IMG/VR virus record: IMGVR_UViG_3300047272_000506
Span: 1-27,866 of that record
Source of the DNA: a virus
Taxonomy: Duplodnaviria > Caudoviricetes
Length of the DNA: 27,866 bases
Reading direction: 5' to 3' (one strand)
Part shown: one piece after another, positions 17,807 to 27,013 of the stretch
Position numbering within the stretch: position 1 is the stretch's first letter
Layout of the letters: each line of letters starts with the position of its first letter
The notes under the pieces: model-generated
What the model saw: the letters and a program-made list of their open reading frames with translations, nothing else
What the model was told of the DNA's origin: nothing
The model's database searches: none
Translations under genes and position numbers: made by a program

Positions 17807-19243
17807 TTATTTAAGAAGTGTTCCAGTTACCTTGATTGTTGAATCATTTACTGGATCTACTCTTAACTGAACATTTGCACCAGATACTGATGCTGTGATT
17901 GTTCCTCTTGTTCCATTAGTTCCGACAATTGCGTACTCTGTAATTGCTACGTTATCTGATGAATCTAGAGTTACTAGAATTTCTGATATTTCGTTATGTG
18001 TTCCGTTGTCAATCTTAACAAGGAACTTACCTGAGCGGAAATCCGCCTTTGCCCACTGGTAAGCAGTTACTACAACTGATCCAAGTGAGGATGAAGTTGC
18101 TGCAATGTGCTTAGCCTCATCATTTACGTTAATTTCTGTAAATGCTGTTGTGCCGTCTACAAGATTGTCTACAAGGCCATCTGCATGTCCTTCTGCTGCT
18201 GTCTGTGCTGCTGAAGCAGAACCTGCTGCATCGTAGTTAGATGCTAGGCTGTCTGCATATCCTCTTGCTGAGGTATCTGCAGCGTTTGCTGCATTTGTAG
18301 CAAATGTTTCTGCTGCTGACTGTGCTGCTGAAGCAGAACCTGCTGCATCGTATGCTGCTGATGTTGCAGAAAGTGCTGCTGAGTTAAAGTCTGAAATATC
18401 TTCTGAATCAAGACCAGTTACAGATATTGTATCGTTTGAGATATCAATGTTTGCGCCTGGTGTTAATGTATTTTGCTTTCCTGCTGCAACATTCTCAAGG
18501 TCAGCAATGATGTCTGGATTATTTTCAAGTGCTGTTGCCAACTCTTGAATTGTATCTAGGACTGCTGGTGCTGAGCCAACAAGTGCTGCAATTGCTTCAT
18601 CTGCATGTGTCTCTGCTGCTGCCTGAGCAAGACCAATTTCTGTGCTTGTCTTGTATGCTGACCAGACCTTGTCTGAAGCGCTTGAAGCGTCATTGATCTT
18701 GTTGTCTGCATAATCTTCTGCTGCAGCCTGTGCTGCGTTGGCCTTTGATGTTGCATCTGCTGAGGCAGTTGCTTCAGCTGCAGCCTGTGCTGCGTTGGCC
18801 TTTGATGTTGCATCTAGAGCTGCTGTAGATTCTGCTGCTGCTTGTGCTGCATTAGCTTTAGTAGTGGCGTCTGTTGCTGCTGCTGAGATTGCCTCTGATT
18901 TAGCTGTGTTAGCCTTATTAGTCGCATCTGATGCTGCTGTAGCCTCTGCTGCAGACTGAGCATTATTTGCAGCTGTTGTTGCAAATGATTCAGCTGCTGT
19001 TTGAGCCGCTGATGCTGATCCGTATGAATCAAATGTGTTGGCATTTACTGTAAGGTTACCAGCATTGTCAACATTGAATACCCCTGTGTCTACAGACTTT
19101 ACAAGTGTAGCTCCACCAACAAGGTTGAGGATATAACTATCTGATCCTGTTTCTCTAAGGATGTTTTGGCCATTGATTGTACCTGTTGTACCTTCAACAA
19201 TGAGGCCCGATTTAATTCTAAAGTTTTTTACTACTGTTGCCAT
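17807..19243 (-). CDS. Ala-rich coiled-coil fibre/virion protein
   Basis: Repeated DATxKANAAQAAAE units; GSAPAVLDTIQELA motif; C-terminal beta-rich domain; GAGGAG SD. Confidence 0.75.
   Translation of the reverse strand: MATVVKNFRIKSGLIVEGTTGTINGQNILRETGSDSYILNLVGGATLVKSVDTGVFNVDNAGNLTVNANTFDSYGSASAAQTAAESFATTAANNAQSAAEATAASDATNKANTAKSEAISAAATDATTKANAAQAAAESTAALDATSKANAAQAAAEATASADATSKANAAQAAAEDYADNKINDASSASDKVWSAYKTSTEIGLAQAAAETHADEAIAALVGSAPAVLDTIQELATALENNPDIIADLENVAAGKQNTLTPGANIDISNDTISVTGLDSEDISDFNSAALSATSAAYDAAGSASAAQSAAETFATNAANAADTSARGYADSLASNYDAAGSASAAQTAAEGHADGLVDNLVDGTTAFTEINVNDEAKHIAATSSSLGSVVVTAYQWAKADFRSGKFLVKIDNGTHNEISEILVTLDSSDNVAITEYAIVGTNGTRGTITASVSGANVQLRVDPVNDSTIKVTGTLLK
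18720..18815. repeat. Exact 39-nt direct repeat within the fibre gene (57-nt period)
   Basis: gctgcagcctgtgctgcgttggcctttgatgttgcatct at 18720-18758 and 18777-18815. Confidence 0.9.
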
Positions 19244-19271
19244 TTATATGACTCCTCTTGGTGCTTTTTTA

Positions 19272-19823
19272 TTATGCCTTGATTGCTGTTCTATAGTATC
19301 TTACTGATATAGAACCGCTCACAGGGGTGACTCTTAGATTAATTATACCTGAAGTTTCTTCAAATGTATAAGTAAATAAATTACCATCCGTTGTTGAAAT
19401 GATATTGGTTTCAGAAACCAAGATATCGTTTTCATCATGTGTTGTTGAGATGTCTGAAGAATAAACATCAGATCCCTTTGTTACCTGCATTTTGTAAAAT
19501 ACAGACTTCCAAGTATCTTTTGCAAAAGAATCAATTGTTGTCTGATTCTCAATTCCGTATACTTCTAGATCGTTGTTTCCATCAAGCCCTAACAGCTCTT
19601 GAACTGTTTCTGTACTATTAGTTAGTCCGTCTACTACTGTAGACAAGTTGTTTATCTTGTATGTTAATGAATTTGAGTCTGCTGAGTTTGTAACTCCGAC
19701 TACATTTTCCAAAGCCTCAATAGCGTCGTTAGCATTGGCATGCTGTGCGGCATGTCCTACTAGTTCGTCTGTTGAGTTTGGATTTGTAAGGTTATCCTTA
19801 CTTGTTGGGAAAACTGTTGCCAT
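19272..19823 (-). CDS. Hypothetical virion protein
   Basis: AGGAGG SD; HAAQHANANDAIEALE coiled region; C-terminal domain resembles that of 17807..19243. Confidence 0.7.
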   Translation of the reverse strand: MATVFPTSKDNLTNPNSTDELVGHAAQHANANDAIEALENVVGVTNSADSNSLTYKINNLSTVVDGLTNSTETVQELLGLDGNNDLEVYGIENQTTIDSFAKDTWKSVFYKMQVTKGSDVYSSDISTTHDENDILVSETNIISTTDGNLFTYTFEETSGIINLRVTPVSGSISVRYYRTAIKA

Positions 19824-19879
19824 TTATATAAGCCTCCTGGCGGTGGTGCATGTTATCTAATTATATCTTAGATATTCTT

Positions 19880-21064
19880 TTAAGACGGAATAAAACCAGA
19901 AGGTAAGCCGTTTATAACTCTATCTTCTAAGACGCCAGTTGAGAAGTGGATTCCTGAATAATTTTCATAGTCTTCTAATGTTCTTTCTGTGAATAAGCCA
20001 TTTACTGGATCAATCTTGTTCTGAACTATTATTTGCTGGAAGTAAGACTTTGATTGATTATGTCTTGGGTAGAACTGATCTGGGAAATCATCCCAAAATA
20101 GGACTCTATCTGGTCTTCCATATCTATGATAAACAAATACTTTTTTGGGGGTTACAAGATTATATCCTGCTGTAAAGAATCTTAGTGCCATTAAAGGTTC
20201 TTCCTCCGTAAATGTAACTTCATCTACAAATGGAACTGCTTCTATAACTGATCTTTCAGTAAAGAAGAAATGGCCAGATAGGTAGGGTGAGAGAACATTT
20301 GTATCTGGATTTGTATACTGTGGCGTGAATTGAGGAACTAGGGTTGATCTAAAATGATTTACATTAGACTCAGACATAAAGAATGTAGGATTAGACTCAT
20401 ACTCTGGAATCTCATCATTTCCGTTCTCATCTACTGTATATGGTGGAACATAAGCTGTAAACACAAGTTCATCAAAATTTTGCTTTGCGTAATTGTATTC
20501 TTTAATAAGCTCTGTATCCCAGTTTTTAATAGCTCTCATGTGAGAGTCCATATTTAGGTAATAGTCCTGCTGATTATAAAACTTATGTGAATTCTTTCTA
20601 GCTGGCTGGCACCCTACAATTGTTCCAGGTTCTAGTGAGTCAACTAAAACATTTTTTCTTTTTAAGGCCTCAGAGATGTTAAACTTTGTATCATTATCTT
20701 GGATTGTTATGCCAAAGAATACTCTATCTGGGAATTCGGCATTTAGTAAGAAATTGTCTACTGTTGTCCATATCTCTGGATCCTTGTATGATGGAATATT
20801 GATAAATATAGTAGCGTCATTCTGTATCATAAGGGATTCCATCTCTTTTTCTGTTACTGGTTCTTCTCCGCCCCATTTATGTATTGGGCATTCGGCAAAC
20901 TGAAGTTTGGTCTTAAATTTCATAAAGCATCCGCATTTTTTGCATTGCTTAGTTGCATTGATAAACTCTGGGCATGCCTTACATATCTCATATCTTGATT
21001 TGGCAAGATCTGGGGTGGCATATTGACTATTAGGGTTTAATAGGTCCCATGGTTTTACTGACAT
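19880..21064 (-). CDS. Glycosyltransferase of the Skp1-hydroxyproline/polypeptide alpha-GlcNAc-transferase family (GT60-like) fused to an N-terminal Cys-rich (DUF6171-like) domain
   Basis: TIFINIPSYKDPE...AEFPDRVFFGI.IQ, YYLNMDSHMR..KNWD (DSH motif), FTEEE.LMALRFFTAGY...P...VYHRY; N-terminal CKACP..QCKKCGC...CPIHKW. Confidence 0.78.
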   Translation of the reverse strand: MSVKPWDLLNPNSQYATPDLAKSRYEICKACPEFINATKQCKKCGCFMKFKTKLQFAECPIHKWGGEEPVTEKEMESLMIQNDATIFINIPSYKDPEIWTTVDNFLLNAEFPDRVFFGITIQDNDTKFNISEALKRKNVLVDSLEPGTIVGCQPARKNSHKFYNQQDYYLNMDSHMRAIKNWDTELIKEYNYAKQNFDELVFTAYVPPYTVDENGNDEIPEYESNPTFFMSESNVNHFRSTLVPQFTPQYTNPDTNVLSPYLSGHFFFTERSVIEAVPFVDEVTFTEEEPLMALRFFTAGYNLVTPKKVFVYHRYGRPDRVLFWDDFPDQFYPRHNQSKSYFQQIIVQNKIDPVNGLFTERTLEDYENYSGIHFSTGVLEDRVINGLPSGFIPS

Positions 21065-21070
21065 ACCTAT

Positions 21071-21079
21071 ATGATATCA
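21071..21079 (-). promoter_or_regulatory. Extended -10 promoter, probably a leaderless glycosyltransferase transcript
   Basis: TGATATCAT followed by 6 nt, then ATG 21064. Confidence 0.45.
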
Positions 21080-21082
21080 TTT

Positions 21083-23842
21083 TTACTTGTTGTGAACAAG
21101 CATGCCATTTACAAAGAACCAGTCATAAGGCTCACATGAGAACTGATAAACATTTACAGTTTGATCAGCCATAAATTCTATCTTCTCAACTATAGTTTCT
21201 ACAATTGTTCCGTCTGAATTTATTGATATAATGCATTCCCCACGCTCAACATAGTATGCTTCTTTAATCTTATATTCATTGTTAGAGGTTTTAACAAATA
21301 CTGGTTGAGTATAAGTCATTCTAGTTTCAATGTCATCATTAAAGTACAGAATATCAGACTCTTGAGTTTCAATTATATCCGTAATAGTAGTCTCAACAAA
21401 TTCCTTTACAGATAATGTGTCAGAAGACCAGGTTGAGAATTGGTAAGAGTCTGGAGTTGAAGCATCAATTTGATCTATAACTATAGATTTAATCTTGTCG
21501 CCTACCTGTAGGAACTTAGCTGGTACTTGACCGTCCATGGTATCTACAAGTGTATTTTCCTCTACGCAAGGAGGTCCAAACCAAGGGATGTAAATAAAGC
21601 TTGGTGGTGCGAAGAACCCTGGAGGGGCAAAGAAGCCTGGAGGCGAGAAGAACCCTGGAGGGGCAAAGAAGCCTGGAGGCGAGAAGAACCCTGGAGGGGC
21701 AAAGAAGCTTGGCGGTGCAAAAGCTAATGCTCCTCCACAACATTGCCATCCTGTAGGTACGCTATAAGTTGATGAGTTACCTAAATATGAATATCCTAGC
21801 TCTGCACAAGTATAAGATGTTGGATTTGTATATGTTCCAGGACATGTCTCTTTTGTTGGCGCAGGAGTTGCAGTTGGTGTAGGTGTTGGTGTAGGTGTTG
21901 GAGTAGGTGTTGGAGTAGGGTTTACAGATGGACAAGTAAATGTTTCTGCTCCTGTACAAGGGTTTCTATATATAGCAACTGTTGTTCCACAAGAACTTCT
22001 GTACTCATTTCCAATGTACACTGGCGTACAGTCTGGAGCTGGCGTAGCAGTTGGTGTAGGTGTTGCTGTTGGCAAAGCCCCACCGCAACAAGACCATCCT
22101 GTTGGTACGCTATATACATCAGACCCACCAAGTCTTTCATAGCCAAGCTCTGAGCAGGTAGCTGATGTTGGATTTGTATATGTTCCAGGGCATGTTAGCA
22201 AAGATGACGGAGTTGGAGTTGGTGTAGGAGTTGGAGTTGCTGTCGGAGTTGGTGTCGGTGTAGCGGTTGGTGTAGGAGTTGGGGTTGTACTAGGTGATCC
22301 TCCGCAAGAAGCATTTTGTGCATCCTGTAATGCAGCAGCATAAGTTGTCCTATAGACTGTTTTCACAGTTCCATTAACATTATAAACAGATGTATCAGTA
22401 GGAATTCCTGTTGTGTTTGTAAATGGCCCAGAAGCTGAAGGTGCGGAAACATACTCACCGCTTGTTCCCTTACAGCTAGATGTTCCTGTGTAGTAAACAT
22501 ATGTTGTTGGTGTGGCAGTGGGTGTAGGTGTTGGTGTAACTGTTGGGTCACAGGCCACGTTTCCAGCGTCCACTAATGCAGATGAATAAGTTGTTCTATA
22601 TACGGTTTTAACGCTTACTGATCCGTCAAGAACTTGTGTATCTTGTGGAAGAGTATTGCCTTCTGCAACAAATGGTCCAGTAACTGAAGGGGATGCGGAA
22701 TAAACTCCGCTAAATCCATTACATCTAGATACTCCAGTATAGTAGCTTACCCCAGTCAATGTGGTAAATTCGACAGTATTAGATGTCCAAGATGTCTCAT
22801 CGAAATGTGGTGTTGTTCCAGAGGCTACAACTTTATATCTATATGTCTCTCCCGCTGTTAGGAATGTTATTGGAATTATGTTAGTAGTTCCTGAATCGTT
22901 TCCTGCTGGCAAAGAAGATCCATCTGGGTTTACCCAGTAGAGCTGCCACCCATTTTGAGTAAAGTTAGATGTAGACCAAGATAGGCTCGCCGTTGTTTGT
23001 GTAATTTCGGACACTGATAATGTTACAGTTGGATCAAATGGCTTCATGTCTGGGACAAGATATTCTTTATATGCTCCCTGAAGCGGCTGACCTGTTACGT
23101 TGGTGTAAGGATTATTTGTATTTTGTGAAGCAATATAAACCAACAATGGTCCATCTGATTTACCTAAAAGACTAACTGGTGGTGTTGCACTATTAACTAA
23201 AGATTTTGTTTCATATGCAGTTCCATTTTCTACTGAATCAACAATCACCTCGCTTTGAATTCCTGATCCAACAAAATAAACCTTAAATTTATTTGCGCTT
23301 GGAACCCTTAGCCATCTTAAATTAACTTTAGTATTTTCTGGAACGGTGGCATCTATATAAATTACATCCTGTGGCTTTACTAAATATTCACTAAGGTTTG
23401 AAGATAAATTATTTCCATTTACGTATGCTGGATCGCTGTCTCCAAACTCATTTGTTGCAATAACTTTGCATCTAAGAACATATCCAACCATTTGCTTATC
23501 AATATAAGAAGAGTTGTTGTTTGAGCCAAAGTCGGTCCATATAGCATTTGTATAATCATTAGATGCTAAGTATCCAGTTTTTTGCCATGTATATTTGTAA
23601 GATGTTGGAGTATTAGTCCATGTACCAGTTGTAATTGTGACATACTGGTCTGCCATACGATTGTTATTTTGCCAGCCAAAAACTGGGGCTTCTGTGAGAA
23701 CTGGAACGGCAGCCCCAAACTTTTTCCACTCAGTGCCATCGAAAACATAAGATGTCTTTGAATCAACCCATGAAGAACCATCATGTATCTTGATTTTCTT
23801 TAATGGTTTCCATTCGGATCCATCAAATATGTTTAAAGGCAT
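21083..23842 (-). CDS. Large modular virion/adhesin-like protein: Ig/FN3-like domains, Cys-rich repeats, Pro/Thr linkers, FFxPPG repeat and C-terminal Hint domain
   Basis: TTGTWTNTPTSYKYTWQ..LRCKVIATNEFG; FN3-like SEITQTTASLSW..LTAGETYRYKVVA; (PT)n tracts; CVEENTLV...LVHNK; AGGAG SD. Confidence 0.85.
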   Translation of the reverse strand: MPLNIFDGSEWKPLKKIKIHDGSSWVDSKTSYVFDGTEWKKFGAAVPVLTEAPVFGWQNNNRMADQYVTITTGTWTNTPTSYKYTWQKTGYLASNDYTNAIWTDFGSNNNSSYIDKQMVGYVLRCKVIATNEFGDSDPAYVNGNNLSSNLSEYLVKPQDVIYIDATVPENTKVNLRWLRVPSANKFKVYFVGSGIQSEVIVDSVENGTAYETKSLVNSATPPVSLLGKSDGPLLVYIASQNTNNPYTNVTGQPLQGAYKEYLVPDMKPFDPTVTLSVSEITQTTASLSWSTSNFTQNGWQLYWVNPDGSSLPAGNDSGTTNIIPITFLTAGETYRYKVVASGTTPHFDETSWTSNTVEFTTLTGVSYYTGVSRCNGFSGVYSASPSVTGPFVAEGNTLPQDTQVLDGSVSVKTVYRTTYSSALVDAGNVACDPTVTPTPTPTATPTTYVYYTGTSSCKGTSGEYVSAPSASGPFTNTTGIPTDTSVYNVNGTVKTVYRTTYAAALQDAQNASCGGSPSTTPTPTPTATPTPTPTATPTPTPTPTPSSLLTCPGTYTNPTSATCSELGYERLGGSDVYSVPTGWSCCGGALPTATPTPTATPAPDCTPVYIGNEYRSSCGTTVAIYRNPCTGAETFTCPSVNPTPTPTPTPTPTPTPTATPAPTKETCPGTYTNPTSYTCAELGYSYLGNSSTYSVPTGWQCCGGALAFAPPSFFAPPGFFSPPGFFAPPGFFSPPGFFAPPGFFAPPSFIYIPWFGPPCVEENTLVDTMDGQVPAKFLQVGDKIKSIVIDQIDASTPDSYQFSTWSSDTLSVKEFVETTITDIIETQESDILYFNDDIETRMTYTQPVFVKTSNNEYKIKEAYYVERGECIISINSDGTIVETIVEKIEFMADQTVNVYQFSCEPYDWFFVNGMLVHNK
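21086..21568 (-). other. Hint domain, 161 aa, copy 2
   Basis: First 28 aa identical to copy 1; ends VYQFSCEPYDWFFVNGMLVHNK. Confidence 0.8.
21599..21724 (-). repeat. Coding tandem repeat, 7 x 18 nt, [F/A]F[S/A]PP[G/S]
   Basis: AFAPPS-FFAPPG-FFSPPG-FFAPPG-FFSPPG-FFAPPG-FFAPPS. Confidence 0.95.
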
Positions 23843-23855
23843 TTAATGTCTCCTA

Positions 23856-25565
23856 TTAGTACTGTATATAAATATCTCCAGCTACTGGTGTGGCTATTGA
23901 TGTATAACCTGTAGCTGATGTGCCGTATGCAATTTTATTTGCAACTGCTCCGTCTGAAGAGTTATGGTATCCATAAGCTTTTGCATTATCAATAGTAGCA
24001 TATGTTGTTGATGCTAGTAAAGATGTTAGGTACAGGCTAAAGTCTACCTCTTCCCATGAAGCATTTGTTCCGTCTGTCTTTAAATATCTTCCAGAGTAAC
24101 CCATTTGGCTTGGTATGCCGTCTGGTAATCCAGTTAGGGATACATTTGTAAAGTCAATTGAGCCAGTAAATGAAGGGTTGTTAGAATTTACCTTTTCATC
24201 TAGTGCTAACTGAGTAAGAGTAGATATTGGCTTATCTAAATCAGAAGTGTTGTCAACATTTGCAAGATCAATCATTGACTTAGTTATACCAGAGACTGTT
24301 CCAGTAAATGACGGGGACTCTAGTGGAGCTTTAAGTGTAAGTAGCTCAGTTAATCCAGCCAAACTTTCTGAAGACTGGAGGACTGTTGCTATTTCTCCTA
24401 AAGTATTAAGAGTTCCTGGTGCAGAATCAATAAGTGTATCTATTGCTGAAGTAATTGCTGAGTTTCTGTTTGTTACTTCTGTTGAAATTGCTGCTGATAT
24501 TTCAGATGTAACTGCAGAAGTTCTTGCAATTGAAGTAGGTATTCTGTCTACATTTATTTTAGCAGAGGCATCTAGCCCTGGAAATCCAAATGCTGCATCT
24601 CTCTGTCCTTCTGGTACATAATTCTCAAGGGAGTTCTCAAGTCCGCTTTGCAAAACATATTTATTGTCAGCATCAGATGTCTTAGTATAGTTATTGAATA
24701 GGTAAGTAGACAAAGAATCAATATTGCCGTTAATGCTAATTACAGTGTCTGTAATTGTTGTGTTAAGAGCCTCTACAGCTCTTGAATTAGTAAAGTAAAG
24801 GTTGCTTGACCCTTCAGACAAATCATCAGTAGTTTTACTATCTAAGCTGATATTGTCAAGCTGCGATTGAACTGCTGAAACCGCCCTAGCATTTGTAAAG
24901 TATAAATTTGTTCCTTCAGAAACATCAGAAGTTGTTATTGCGTCAATTGCAATATTTCTATTTGTAATTTCAGCATTAATTGCTGATGAAATTGCAGAGT
25001 TTCTGTTTGTAACCTCTTGTGATATAGCAGAATCTGTATATGTATTTGCTGCAGATGTAGCTGTTGAGATAGCAGTAACGTCTCTTGACTCTGCAGCTGA
25101 AATTGCATTTAACTGAGCTGCTGTAGCCTTGTTGGTTGCATCTGTAGTAGAAATTGTAACAGCTTGGCTCTTTGCTGCTTCAATTGCTGCATTTAACTCA
25201 ACTACTTCAGCTGCAATTTCTGAAGCTACTGCTTCAATTGCTCTTTCATCTGTAAAATATAAGTTTGTTCCTTCTGCAAGGGTTGTAGTAGATAGTGCTG
25301 CAAATGCAGCATTAATATCTGCAGTAATAGAAACTGTATCTGGAAGCTGTGAGGATACAAGCTTTCCAGATGAGTTAAGTGTTGCTACACCATTTGCCTC
25401 ACCTGGCTTAAATGCATAAGATGTAATCTGATTCCATCGGAGACCATTTCCAATTTTAAACTTTAAGGTATCTGTCTCTATTCCAATTTCACCGCTTAGC
25501 AGTGTAGGGTTTAAAGATTGCCATCTAGAGGCTGTATCTCTTCTAAGTTGAATTCTTACTGTCAT
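23856..25565 (-). CDS. Tail fibre/virion protein with Mtd_N-like N-terminal domain
   Basis: Start moved to ATG 25565 (GGAGGAG SD): MTVRIQLRRDTASRW..NPTLLSGEIGIETDTLKFKIGNG; three EG..NLYFT..RA repeats; SAPGTLNTLGEIA motif. Confidence 0.75.
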   Translation of the reverse strand: MTVRIQLRRDTASRWQSLNPTLLSGEIGIETDTLKFKIGNGLRWNQITSYAFKPGEANGVATLNSSGKLVSSQLPDTVSITADINAAFAALSTTTLAEGTNLYFTDERAIEAVASEIAAEVVELNAAIEAAKSQAVTISTTDATNKATAAQLNAISAAESRDVTAISTATSAANTYTDSAISQEVTNRNSAISSAINAEITNRNIAIDAITTSDVSEGTNLYFTNARAVSAVQSQLDNISLDSKTTDDLSEGSSNLYFTNSRAVEALNTTITDTVISINGNIDSLSTYLFNNYTKTSDADNKYVLQSGLENSLENYVPEGQRDAAFGFPGLDASAKINVDRIPTSIARTSAVTSEISAAISTEVTNRNSAITSAIDTLIDSAPGTLNTLGEIATVLQSSESLAGLTELLTLKAPLESPSFTGTVSGITKSMIDLANVDNTSDLDKPISTLTQLALDEKVNSNNPSFTGSIDFTNVSLTGLPDGIPSQMGYSGRYLKTDGTNASWEEVDFSLYLTSLLASTTYATIDNAKAYGYHNSSDGAVANKIAYGTSATGYTSIATPVAGDIYIQY

Positions 25566-25566
25566 T

Positions 25567-26028
25567 TTATGCTCCTCCAGCATCTACTATGTTGTCATAG
25601 ACTGATGATGCGTTTCCAATATCATTAATTGTATCATTATTATCTGGCCAATACAGAGAATCTGGTTGACCAGCATCAAATAGTGTTAGGTTTTCCCAAG
25701 TAGGATCTGACACTGTGCTTGTTGGGTCTCCGCCATCTACCCCAACTACTTGAGGCAATGTGATTGCGGGAGATGCAACCTCATTTACCTCTGTAAATGT
25801 AATTGGGTTTTGTATGTCAATGCTATGAACTTCTCCGTCAAATGCGTGGGTGTGTCGATAGAATGGAGTAGGATCTGTACTTGGTGGAGTTAGCTCTACC
25901 CAGATTTCTCCATTGTATATACGTAAGTTTTTACTTAAAACATTAAAATAGACGTCGCCAGATTTTGCATTCTCTGGGTCTGACGCTACAGTAAGTAAAT
26001 TAAGAGCAACTTTCATTTGACGTGACAT
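25567..26028 (-). CDS. Hypothetical virion protein
   Basis: 153 aa; GDVYFN...LRIYNGEIW motif typical of fibre-associated proteins; tightly packed in the operon. Confidence 0.65.
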   Translation of the reverse strand: MSRQMKVALNLLTVASDPENAKSGDVYFNVLSKNLRIYNGEIWVELTPPSTDPTPFYRHTHAFDGEVHSIDIQNPITFTEVNEVASPAITLPQVVGVDGGDPTSTVSDPTWENLTLFDAGQPDSLYWPDNNDTINDIGNASSVYDNIVDAGGA

Positions 26029-26030
26029 TT

Positions 26031-26999
26031 TTAGCCTACTACTACTACTTTAAATTCTCCAGCTGATGGTGCAACCGCAAAATCAACCTTAATATTATTT
26101 GCATCGTGAAGCTTTACATCTGCCTCTACAAGTGAACCTGTAGAAACATCAAATACCTGTGCAGTAACCTCTAATGTTCCTAGCTTATGATTAACTGTAT
26201 ATGAAGTTGCTGATGTGCCTAATGTTGTTACAAATTTTCTGGCTACGGCATGATAGTCTGTTCCATTATTTGTTAATGTCCAGTTATTTGATGTCTCATT
26301 CCATAGAATTTCGACATCTGCTTCATTGCCACGCTCTACTAAAATTCCAGCGTCTGTTGTTGGTGAACCAGTAAAGTTGCTGTTAAGCTTAACTTTATTA
26401 TCTTCAATATTGATTTGTGTTGTATTTACAGAGTTTACTGTTCCAGCAACATTTAGGTTTCCACCTACCTGCAAATTACCAACAATTTCAACATCATCTG
26501 GTAATCCAACAGTTACTGCTGCATTTGATCCAGAGTTTGGAGAGACATCAATTTGTCCTTCTGTGCCAACTATTGTAGCTACATAGTCGCCTGTAGTCTG
26601 TGTTGCAAGGTCAATGCTGATATTTGCATCGCTTGCATTTGTAAGTCTACCCTGTGCATCTACTGTAAATGTTACTGTCTTTGAAGTAGATCCATATGTT
26701 CCAGCTGAAACTTCTGTATCATCTAGGGCAATTGTTGTTGTTCCATTAGAGTCGTTATATGTAGAAACAATTCCTGTTCCGCCTGATACATATGTACCAA
26801 TAGCGTCTTGGATTACTTCAAGTGAACCTGATGTAGAAATCCATTCTGTACCATTCCAGAAGTACATAACGTTGTCTTGTGAGTTATAGTAAATCTGACC
26901 AGATACTGGACTTGAAGGGGCTGCCCCTAAGTTTTGAATTCTAGCATTGAGTAATTCATTTTTATTAAGATCAATGCTTACTAAATATTTTTTTGCCAT
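26031..26999 (-). CDS. Virion structural/fibre-like protein
   Basis: [20 protein letters not shown]; AGTYG...TVDAQGRLT; [21 protein letters not shown]; C-terminal VNHKLG domain; GGGAG SD. Confidence 0.7.
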   Translation of the reverse strand: MAKKYLVSIDLNKNELLNARIQNLGAAPSSPVSGQIYYNSQDNVMYFWNGTEWISTSGSLEVIQDAIGTYVSGGTGIVSTYNDSNGTTTIALDDTEVSAGTYGSTSKTVTFTVDAQGRLTNASDANISIDLATQTTGDYVATIVGTEGQIDVSPNSGSNAAVTVGLPDDVEIVGNLQVGGNLNVAGTVNSVNTTQINIEDNKVKLNSNFTGSPTTDAGILVERGNEADVEILWNETSNNWTLTNNGTDYHAVARKFVTTLGTSATSYTVNHKLGTLEVTAQVFDVSTGSLVEADVKLHDANNIKVDFAVAPSAGEFKVVVVG

Positions 27000-27013
27000 T
27001 TCTTATCTCCCTT

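Noticed and set aside
19860-19865. TATAAT upstream of 19823 as a promoter
   Set aside because: No -35 or extended TG support in AT-rich DNA; too weak to call
14160-21724. Diversity-generating retroelement (TR/VR pair), suggested by the duplicated 3' ends and Mtd_N-like domains
   Set aside because: Differences in the aligned stretch are synonymous changes of all base types, not adenine-specific; both copies are coding; no reverse transcriptase in the window
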